In this document: positions 38,803 through 46,979 of the stretch, piece after piece
Position numbering within the stretch: the stretch's first letter is position 1
How the letters are laid out: every line of letters starts with the position of its first letter
Source of the DNA: Atribacterota bacterium
Lineage (GTDB): Bacteria > Atribacterota > Phoenicimicrobiia > Phoenicimicrobiales > Stramentimicrobiaceae
Length of the DNA: 48,900 bases
Reading direction: 5' to 3'
Assembly (NCBI GenBank): GCA_040767965.1
Contig: JAXGNR010000013.1
Coordinates: 1-48,900, forward strand
Notes under the pieces: generated by a model
Databases searched by the model: none
Seen by the model: the letters and a program-made list of their open reading frames with translations, nothing else
Told to the model about the DNA's origin: nothing
Translations under genes and position numbers: made by a program

Positions 38803-39690
38803 CTATACTTCTATTATCCTCTTTGCAATAGAAATTAACTGGTCTTTAACCAATATCTTTTCCTTCCATCTATCAGGGATAGCATTGTATCCATAGTATA
38901 CCCCAGCCATTCCTCCTGTAATAGCGGCTATAGTATCCGCATCTCCTCCAAGGTTGGCTGCTTCACATACAGCATCCTCAAAGGTAGAAGTGTTAATAAA
39001 ACACCATAATGCACATATCAAAGTATCAAACACATATCCCGTTGGCTTCAATTCTTCTTTTGATACCTGAAATACCTGCTTATACTCTGGATACTTTTCA
39101 ATATGTTCTCTTATAGCAGGTACTTTAGGCTTATCATTTAGATAATCATAAACTAACAGATTATAAAACTGGCAGGCATCCGTTGCTTTCTGGTCATAAT
39201 GGGTAAGAACACTTTGGGAGGCAGTTATCTCCAGCATTTTTTCAACATCATTGTAATATAATGCAACCGGCAAGCATCTCATAAGTGAACCATTTCCAGC
39301 ACTCATGCCACCTGTTGCCTGATGAGCGTAGTAGGCAGTTTTCATCCAGTCATTGCTTCGCTTGTATTCACCAAGTGCAATTCGGATAATGTTGCCGATA
39401 TCTTTAGGTTTGCTATCATACCATTCAATAAAGTGTTTTCCGATATCTTCGACAGGATTCTCTGGATTGTCCAGGATGCCTTCTGCGACAGCAATAGTCA
39501 TCATAGTATCATCGGTCACTTCTCCAGGTTCCAAGTTCCAACAGCCTCCACCTATAATATCTTTTAAATATCCATATTTCCTTTCAATCTCATCCTTTGA
39601 CATGAATTCCAACGTTCCGCCAAGGGCATCTCCACAGGCAACACCAAAAAGCCCTCCGAGTATGCGTTCATATCTATCCATGAAACACAC
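38803..39690 (-). CDS. ADP-ribosylglycohydrolase (DraG/ARH family)
   Basis: GDALG, TDDT, GNGSLMR, TH and GGDADTIAAITG. Confidence 0.93.
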   Translation of the reverse strand: MCFMDRYERILGGLFGVACGDALGGTLEFMSKDEIERKYGYLKDIIGGGCWNLEPGEVTDDTMMTIAVAEGILDNPENPVEDIGKHFIEWYDSKPKDIGNIIRIALGEYKRSNDWMKTAYYAHQATGGMSAGNGSLMRCLPVALYYNDVEKMLEITASQSVLTHYDQKATDACQFYNLLVYDYLNDKPKVPAIREHIEKYPEYKQVFQVSKEELKPTGYVFDTLICALWCFINTSTFEDAVCEAANLGGDADTIAAITGGMAGVYYGYNAIPDRWKEKILVKDQLISIAKRIIEV

Positions 39691-39714
39691 TTCCTTTAAA
39701 CTCAGTATCTATGA

Positions 39715-40158
39715 TTATTTATTTGTGCAAAAGTATTTTGCAATGCTGCATATTGCTTCATCAAATTTACATTTCCAACCCTCATTTGTATCCTCTTTGC
39801 TGTTAAATGTAATTTCTTCTACCTTTTCTTCAAAAAGCAAAGTTAACCTATAGTCGCCATAATCATCTAAAGGACATTCATAAGTAACACTCTTAATTTT
39901 GTTTATATTAAAATATTCTATAACTATATGCTTATCACCATTAATCCAAACTTTAATAAATTTGTTGTTCTTTAAGACAAAATATAACTGTAAAGTTTGT
40001 TCATCAACAAATAAGTATTTTGGATAAAAATATAATATATCATTCTCGTCAATTATTTGTGAAACTTTTTCAAACATACCTGCATATTTACGAGCAGTAT
40101 TATCGCTGTAACGGTTGTTATAAAAGTAATCCTTAATTTCTTTAAAATCTACACTCAT
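39715..40158 (-). CDS. Hypothetical protein, possibly DUF3908-like
   Basis: FYPKYLF...FNSKEDTNEGW pattern recalled from memory; RBS AGGAGG. Confidence 0.55.
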   Translation of the reverse strand: MSVDFKEIKDYFYNNRYSDNTARKYAGMFEKVSQIIDENDILYFYPKYLFVDEQTLQLYFVLKNNKFIKVWINGDKHIVIEYFNINKIKSVTYECPLDDYGDYRLTLLFEEKVEEITFNSKEDTNEGWKCKFDEAICSIAKYFCTNK

Positions 40159-40183
40159 CTTAAATCCTCCTATTTATTATGAG

Positions 40184-41158
40184 TTAGTAGCCTAAATATT
40201 GAACAATCTGTTTCCATATTTTAACAGCAATTCTATATGCATCGCTAGCATTATTTCCCGTCATAAAATTCATTGTCATTTTTAATTTTAAATCTTTAGT
40301 TTTAGTTACTTCACATTCAATTACATCATTAAACGAATTATCGCTATCAATACTAAATCTCCCGTATGACAAATAAATACTTTGGTTTTTACCACCAAAT
40401 AAATTTCCGAGCCAAATCTTAACTGCATATTTTTCCATACCGTTTATATAGAATCTTATAATAGCCTTTTGATTGTGTATATTATCTTTTTCAAAATCAA
40501 AATTACTATTTTTTTGTCTGGTCTGCTCCGCAAAGTCAGATAAATAGGACAATATTTCAGCATAACTTTGTTTCATAAATTTATTTTTATCTAAATCTGT
40601 TATTTCTTTAAAATTAGGTATTATAACAGTAGTTCCATTTACTACTCTATCATAAATAATTTTCTTTGGTTCTAATTTTGGTTTTGCACCTACTTTAGGT
40701 ACATCCATTACATCAACCTGAAAAATCCTATGTAGTAATTCATCAAACTTAATATCAAACTGGCCATCATCTGAAAAATCAATGAAATGAAAACCTTCCA
40801 GATAAAATGGAACGGCTTTTCTATAGTTTCCTTTATGTCTCATTATTAAGATTATTTTATCTAAATTATCTTTTATATAGCGTATTAACAAATTTGTCTC
40901 ATACCCCACTCCACCTTGAAAAGTATCTGCTTTCTTAGCGTAGTTTTCAGTAAGAATAAGTAAGATATTATCACTATTTTTTATTTTTTCTACCATCATC
41001 CTATTCAAGTTAACAGTCTTGCTTTGTGTTTCAAATTTATCAATCGTTGCATCAACACCATTTTCCCTTAATTTAGCCGCTAAGAATGTTACCCAGTTTT
41101 CGTGTTCCTCACTATCCCAACTATAACTGATAAATACCGAAGGATGTTCTTTTGACAT
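40184..41158 (-). CDS. TIR/SEFIR-domain protein
   Basis: VFISYSWDSEEH..WV..LA.KLRENGVDA.ID, GGVGYE (putative catalytic Glu) and FIDFSDD. Confidence 0.88.
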   Translation of the reverse strand: MSKEHPSVFISYSWDSEEHENWVTFLAAKLRENGVDATIDKFETQSKTVNLNRMMVEKIKNSDNILLILTENYAKKADTFQGGVGYETNLLIRYIKDNLDKIILIMRHKGNYRKAVPFYLEGFHFIDFSDDGQFDIKFDELLHRIFQVDVMDVPKVGAKPKLEPKKIIYDRVVNGTTVIIPNFKEITDLDKNKFMKQSYAEILSYLSDFAEQTRQKNSNFDFEKDNIHNQKAIIRFYINGMEKYAVKIWLGNLFGGKNQSIYLSYGRFSIDSDNSFNDVIECEVTKTKDLKLKMTMNFMTGNNASDAYRIAVKIWKQIVQYLGY

Positions 41159-41227
41159 TTTTATCCCCTCATCCCTTTCAAGACTTTCATAAGAAACTTG
41201 ATTTCTACCAAAGTTAAATAATCCTGC

Positions 41228-42688
41228 CTAATAACTAAGATAATTCAAATACTTATTATATTCTTCCAGCCTGCTCCTAATTAGCATGTCGTTCGGGTCT
41301 AAACGTATGGCATAATTAAAATAAGCCCTTGCCTTTCTAAAGTCTTTTCTCTGGTCATATGCATGACCAAGTTTTTTTACTATATAAAGCATTCCGGGTG
41401 TCTTTTTATTAATATCTTCCAGAATTTCAATTGATTTTTCCTGTTCATTATTTAAGCCATAAGCACATGCTAGTTTATATCTATAGTTCAAGTCATCTGG
41501 ATTCCTTGATACCAATTTTTCATAAACTTTGACTGCTTCCTCATATCTTTTTAGTTCAAAAAATAATTTTCCTTTTAAGTATAGAAGGTTATCTTCTAAA
41601 GCCTCTCTTCTGACATCCTCTATCTCTTTAATATCTATACCGTTTAATACATCCATGCTTTCAAAATATCTTCCCTGCTGAAAATATGTATAAGCAATGT
41701 GATATAATATGTCAGCAGATTTATTTCCATTCTCATACTCCGTTTTTAGCAGTAATTCTGCCTTATCAAATTCTTTATTCTTATAGTATCGGATTACTCT
41801 TTCTATCCAATCAGTATCCTCATATCTTACTTCAACCCGCTCATTGTAAGAAATAATATTGTTATTTCCTTTTCTTAATACCTCTTCGAAATCCCTTTTT
41901 ACTTCCCTTACATTCTGATACCTTTCTTCAGGGTTTCTTTTAAGTAATTTCATGATAATTTCTTCAACCGATTCAGGTATATTATCATTTATCTCCCTTG
42001 GTTTTGGATAAGGCATATTATTTATAAGTTGATTAGCAGTTTCATGAGGAGTCCTGCCAGTTAAAAACTTGTATAAAAGCACTCCCAATGCATATATATC
42101 CGAGTTAAGATACCTGCGGTTTGACCCAGCCACTTCTGGAGCCATATAAGCCCAGGTGCCTCCACCATCAATTGTCTTTATAAATAAATCTTCTATCAAT
42201 TTACTTGTACCAAAATCCGTTATTTTCACTATCTTCCCATCCGTTAGAATATTCTGAGGCTTTATATCCCCGTGGCAAATATGCTTTGAATGTATATATT
42301 CTATACCATCCAATATTTGAAAAAACAAGTTGTATATTTCATCAAATGTTCTTGGACTCTTAAATCCCGTTTCACATAACTCGTCTGATAGTTTATGCCC
42401 ATTAAAGTACTCCATTTCTATCAGAAAAACCCCATCTACCCGCCCCATCCAATATATAAAAATAACATTCGGGTGATGACTCCTGATGAATTCTTTTCCT
42501 TCCGATAAGGTGTTGTCTCCCCGTTCCTGGTCCTTGGGTATTTTGAGCGCCACTGTTTGCCTATTATCAAGGTTTACCGCTTTCCATACATAACCAAAGG
42601 AACCTTCATCAATAAACTCTTTCAATAAATATTTATCTCCTATACTCATATCTACTTGCGGATGAAAATTAACTGCTTTTTTCTTCAT
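41228..42688 (-). CDS. Hanks-type Ser/Thr kinase with C-terminal TPR repeats
   Basis: EGSFGYVW, VALK, HGDIKPQN, DFG, YMAPE and DIYALG, followed by TPR helices. Start moved to MKKKA. Confidence 0.93.
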   Translation of the reverse strand: MKKKAVNFHPQVDMSIGDKYLLKEFIDEGSFGYVWKAVNLDNRQTVALKIPKDQERGDNTLSEGKEFIRSHHPNVIFIYWMGRVDGVFLIEMEYFNGHKLSDELCETGFKSPRTFDEIYNLFFQILDGIEYIHSKHICHGDIKPQNILTDGKIVKITDFGTSKLIEDLFIKTIDGGGTWAYMAPEVAGSNRRYLNSDIYALGVLLYKFLTGRTPHETANQLINNMPYPKPREINDNIPESVEEIIMKLLKRNPEERYQNVREVKRDFEEVLRKGNNNIISYNERVEVRYEDTDWIERVIRYYKNKEFDKAELLLKTEYENGNKSADILYHIAYTYFQQGRYFESMDVLNGIDIKEIEDVRREALEDNLLYLKGKLFFELKRYEEAVKVYEKLVSRNPDDLNYRYKLACAYGLNNEQEKSIEILEDINKKTPGMLYIVKKLGHAYDQRKDFRKARAYFNYAIRLDPNDMLIRSRLEEYNKYLNYLSY

Positions 42689-42690
42689 AA

Positions 42691-43332
42691 TTAACCTACC
42701 TCTACCCATTGATTTAGTGTCAAATTATCAATATTGCCTGAAGCAACACAGCGATAAACCAGATAGGTCGTTTTCAAAGCATTTATTCCTTGTACATAGG
42801 TACCATCACTTCTTTTAAAGCCATTATCCAGTATTGATATATATTCTTCAATATCCCCTGGATTTTCCCCAGCATAACTCCAATATACAAACAATATAAT
42901 AGGTACATTCCCGCCCAACTGGTGATAAGCAAGAAGCAGATTTTGTATCTTTTCCTTGATTTTTAAATCTTTTCGTCTATTCTTTTCATATCTTTCAAAT
43001 TCACAAATCAGTATAGGACTATTATCCTCTTTCGAATACCAAATAGAATCTGGTCTTACTTCGTTAACTTTTATTTCGTAACTGGCCTGGCTCTCTGCAA
43101 CCATTTGTCCATAGTGGCTTCTTTCAGAATATGGAAACACAGGACATTCAGAAAGGGATGTAACCCCGTCAACAAATCTTCCTATTGCGGTTATATAATT
43201 AAGACCTACAGTATGGACAGTTTCTGAATAGTCCCTTATTCCGAATTTTGTCATCATAGGAAACATTTCGTTTCTAATTTTTCCTTCTTTAAATTCTTTT
43301 TTTATGAAATCAATGATTGTTTCCTTATTCAT
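42691..43332 (-). CDS. Putative PD-(D/E)xK-like nuclease
   Basis: SECPV...VRPDSIW...ILICEFER...KIQNL. Start moved to MNKET, overlapping the herA stop. Confidence 0.55.
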   Translation of the reverse strand: MNKETIIDFIKKEFKEGKIRNEMFPMMTKFGIRDYSETVHTVGLNYITAIGRFVDGVTSLSECPVFPYSERSHYGQMVAESQASYEIKVNEVRPDSIWYSKEDNSPILICEFERYEKNRRKDLKIKEKIQNLLLAYHQLGGNVPIILFVYWSYAGENPGDIEEYISILDNGFKRSDGTYVQGINALKTTYLVYRCVASGNIDNLTLNQWVEVG

Positions 43333-45019
43333 TGAATACGCCCCATTCTTTGATAACTTCAGGGGACTCTCCGCCATGTATCAACGCTTTTGTTCCTATT
43401 TTCACAAGCAGCGGCGCTGGTATCGACCTCCCGTTTATCAACGCTTCACCCGTAGATAAGGATGGCAGTTCTTCAATATCAGATGTTGAAAACATATCCG
43501 ACGTTTTTGCAATAAACCTCTGGTCGTCTGGATTCTTTAGTCTCATTGTAATGATTGTATTACATTGCGACGTAACATCAGGGTCCAGTTTTGACGGCCT
43601 TTGAGAAATAATCGCAAAGCCAGTACCAAACTTTCTTCCTTCCGCCGCAATCTTCTTAATAATTTTTTTAGATATGCTCGGAATGCCTGCTGGTGCAAAA
43701 TTATGCCCCTCTTCATAAACAAGGAAGCATGGCCTTATTTGCCTTTTTTTATCTGATGCTGCCCTCATAATCTCACTGGATATCAACGCTGTTATAATTT
43801 GTTTAGCATCATCAGATAAACCTTGCAAGTCTATTATTACAAGCCTTCCCACGTTATTTCCCTTTTCTCCGACCATCTTATAAATATCTGTCGGTTCACC
43901 AATAGCCCTTGTATAAAAACTCTTTGCTTCATTGATTACTCGGGTTAATTTCATGGAAGCCACTGCTGCGCTTCTATTATTCAGGGCTTTTGCCTCACCT
44001 TCCGTCAAATTGTCCCAATTCTTTAGTTCCTCAAGCCCCTGTTCGTCAGAAAGGAGATATGTTAAATCCTGAATATCCCGAGGCGGATTATTATATTTTG
44101 CTTTCCAATACCTGATTGCAACATCCAATACTCTTTCCTGGGCTTCTGTCAAACCTGGAAGAATAGAAGATAAATCATCCATGTCAAATCTATCGAATTG
44201 AAGCGCCAGGTGATGATTTTTTGCGCTGTATTTATAATCAAAGGAATCCATTTGTGGAGTATATACTTTAATTCCTCCACCAGCCTTTATTAATTTTAAT
44301 AATTGTTCCTGAATTCTCTGGATACTCTTCTTTTCCCTCTCATCCTCAATAAAATCAAGATTGTTATTAAAATGTATCTCTCCCTTTTCAAATGCTTTTC
44401 CATATTCTCCATGGACATCAAATACAACTACTGTGCCATTCATCTCTGCTACAAGTCTTTCAATAATTCTGCCCACAGTATATGATTTCCCTGAACCTGT
44501 CATTGCCAGCACAGCCAAATGTTCTGTAACCAGTTTGTTTACATCAAGATAAACAGGGACTATATTACTTCCCTTGTCGTATCCAATCAAATTACCTATG
44601 TTAATGCTTGTATTCTCATCAAACTTATAAAACTTTGACAAAAACTCATAGTCAACACCATATACCTTTTCCCCTGGGTTGAGGGGTCTCCTGGGTATTT
44701 TTATCTGCCCATAGTTATCCCTGTATCCCACCAGTTCTATGGTCCCAAATAAAGTCTCCCCAGTAACTTGTGCACCTGGTAGTATCTCAAGAGATGACAG
44801 CCCCTCCCCTATATTGGAGTTATATAGAATATTGCTTCTGGATATGGATACAATTCTCCCGAGAACATATGTATCCCCATCTTCTTCCGATTCTCTATGC
44901 TTGATTTTTACAAACTCTCCTCTTTTAGCAGAAAAACTGTTTTCGAGAGCAATCTTTAAATCATTAGGATTGCCTGTATTGCCGATAAGTTTGCCTATAT
45001 ATTTATCCACTGAAATCAC
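43325..45019 (-). CDS. herA: HerA-family ATPase/DNA translocase
   Basis: N-terminal HAS-barrel-like region, HLAVLAMTGSGKS, FDVHGEY, EEGHNFAP and EGRKFG...SQRPS. Confidence 0.92.
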   Translation of the reverse strand: MISVDKYIGKLIGNTGNPNDLKIALENSFSAKRGEFVKIKHRESEEDGDTYVLGRIVSISRSNILYNSNIGEGLSSLEILPGAQVTGETLFGTIELVGYRDNYGQIKIPRRPLNPGEKVYGVDYEFLSKFYKFDENTSINIGNLIGYDKGSNIVPVYLDVNKLVTEHLAVLAMTGSGKSYTVGRIIERLVAEMNGTVVVFDVHGEYGKAFEKGEIHFNNNLDFIEDEREKKSIQRIQEQLLKLIKAGGGIKVYTPQMDSFDYKYSAKNHHLALQFDRFDMDDLSSILPGLTEAQERVLDVAIRYWKAKYNNPPRDIQDLTYLLSDEQGLEELKNWDNLTEGEAKALNNRSAAVASMKLTRVINEAKSFYTRAIGEPTDIYKMVGEKGNNVGRLVIIDLQGLSDDAKQIITALISSEIMRAASDKKRQIRPCFLVYEEGHNFAPAGIPSISKKIIKKIAAEGRKFGTGFAIISQRPSKLDPDVTSQCNTIITMRLKNPDDQRFIAKTSDMFSTSDIEELPSLSTGEALINGRSIPAPLLVKIGTKALIHGGESPEVIKEWGVFNE

Positions 45020-45028
45020 CCCTCCTCC

Positions 45029-46189
45029 TTAATCCTCAAACACATCCAAATCTTCTTTCCAAATGCTCTCCAATGCCTCACTTTGGAGCATCTCCCTGGC
45101 TTGTGTTTTATAGTATTCTAAAATCACATTTTTCCCATTGTTTGTGGCCTCGACTGGCTTTAAAGCATATTTGGCATACCATAATGGCAGTGGCAGTGCT
45201 TTTTTTTGGTCAAATGCAATCAGGGATATAATTTGAGAAGCCAGTTTATCCAGCATTTCAGATGACCAATCTTTTACGCCCCCTAATACTTCTACCAAAA
45301 GTGGCGGTGTAGTGTTTCCCGCCTTAATATGCATGCCTATTAATCCCACATCTCGTAAAGTTTCAGGCTCCAGCCTGTTATCCTTATTTAAGCCATCATA
45401 TTGAAATGCTGCTGTCCTTGTTCTTTTTACAAGAATACCTGTTAGCAGCCTTTTAATACCTACATCTTGAATTTTGGGCATTAGTTCTTCCATCTTTTTA
45501 ATTATACTATTGTCCACATCATCTGGAATATAGACTAAATTATCCTCAGTAAGTGCATATATAATTGCACCAAACCTTTTTGTTCCTACTGATGCGATTT
45601 TAATTCCATTTTCATTAAACGGGTATACCATATCCTTATATTTATCCCAGAAAAACTTTATGGTCTCCCTGCATTTATCATAAACTTTTATAGTATCCTT
45701 TCTATCTTCAAGGGGAGCATCCGAACGCTCAAGTACTAAAGGTACATCAACCAAAACGAGTTCAGGCTTTTCATCATCTTCCATTAAGTCAGACAGGAGT
45801 TTATAGACATTGATAATATCTATAAACTTCAACTTTTTCTGATTATCCAAGTCATCTATCTCATCTACATCAACGATACTTTCCTGTCTTGTTTTATAAA
45901 TAGAACCTTCATCTATAAGGATGTCCTGTCTTACTGACCCAGCAACATATAACATCCCGCCAAATGCACTGGAAGTCCTATTGGTTGCCGCAATACCTGA
46001 TGCCTTGATAGTGAGAGGGGCTATTAATTCTATATTTCTAACCACCCCACTTTCCTTTAGGGCAGGGGCTATTTTATCAATAAACCGCATTTTCGACGAT
46101 AACCTGGAAACTGTGGCTGGAAGACCTAATTGAATATTAGCCACTATGCTTTGGGATATTGGAGTACTATTTTCCTTAAATCCATCCAT
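45029..46189 (-). CDS. nurA: NurA-like protein (probably catalytically degenerate)
   Basis: Lies directly upstream of herA; LVLVDVPL and LPLPLWYA resemble the NurA llDGsL and YPxxLxxAH motifs. Confidence 0.6.
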   Translation of the reverse strand: MDGFKENSTPISQSIVANIQLGLPATVSRLSSKMRFIDKIAPALKESGVVRNIELIAPLTIKASGIAATNRTSSAFGGMLYVAGSVRQDILIDEGSIYKTRQESIVDVDEIDDLDNQKKLKFIDIINVYKLLSDLMEDDEKPELVLVDVPLVLERSDAPLEDRKDTIKVYDKCRETIKFFWDKYKDMVYPFNENGIKIASVGTKRFGAIIYALTEDNLVYIPDDVDNSIIKKMEELMPKIQDVGIKRLLTGILVKRTRTAAFQYDGLNKDNRLEPETLRDVGLIGMHIKAGNTTPPLLVEVLGGVKDWSSEMLDKLASQIISLIAFDQKKALPLPLWYAKYALKPVEATNNGKNVILEYYKTQAREMLQSEALESIWKEDLDVFED

Positions 46190-46979
46190 CTTCTTTTTCT
46201 CCCCTTTGTTTTACAGCATTGATAAAGGATTTCAATTTCCTTTCTTTAACTACAGTCATACCCTTGCTCAACAATCCATTCTCGTTAATATATTGATTTG
46301 CTATCAGGTCTTGATATCCTTGCTTAGCAGTTTCTTCATCAATCAAAACTCCAAAATATTTATGAATTATACTTGACAGACACTGACTTAAGTCAATACC
46401 AGCCCCTGTCAGGATAATCAAATAAATATGAATATCATCTAATATAAAATCTTTTGTTTCTACCAAGGATTCTTGTTTAACATCCTCAGCAAGGAGCAGG
46501 GAATTAAAAAGAGCCTTTAATTTATCTTCTAACTGAATCATTTTATAGTCCAATAACGGTAGTGTGACTACCGTTATCAGACCTGTTCCTGTATTCTTCC
46601 TGTAATGAATCCCAAATTTCTTCCCATTTTGTTGAAATATAACATCTTTTACAGTAGTATCAATCAAAAAGCCTATCGGAATTCCCTCATAATTATCATC
46701 TGTTCTATTTATTCTTATATCTACCGATGAGTGAAGAATTTCCTTTAAATTCATTTCGGTCCAGGAAGGTGTAAGTATTAACTGGTTTTTATTATCCTCC
46801 AGCCATGCATTAAGTAAGTCTAAGTTTTGTTTGCCCAGTTTACTTAATAGAATCCCAGGCAGAACTAAAACCCCAGTTTGCAGTGAATTCATCTGGGCTA
46901 CCTGGCAGTCATAAAAATCCTTAAGAAGCCTGTATTCTGTTCTATTCTTATATTCATCTAATATTTGAATAGCCATCAC
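46176..46979 (-). CDS. Hypothetical protein (267 aa) in the defence operon
   Basis: Overlaps both neighbouring genes. Confidence 0.8.
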   Translation of the reverse strand: MMAIQILDEYKNRTEYRLLKDFYDCQVAQMNSLQTGVLVLPGILLSKLGKQNLDLLNAWLEDNKNQLILTPSWTEMNLKEILHSSVDIRINRTDDNYEGIPIGFLIDTTVKDVIFQQNGKKFGIHYRKNTGTGLITVVTLPLLDYKMIQLEDKLKALFNSLLLAEDVKQESLVETKDFILDDIHIYLIILTGAGIDLSQCLSSIIHKYFGVLIDEETAKQGYQDLIANQYINENGLLSKGMTVVKERKLKSFINAVKQRGEKEDGWI

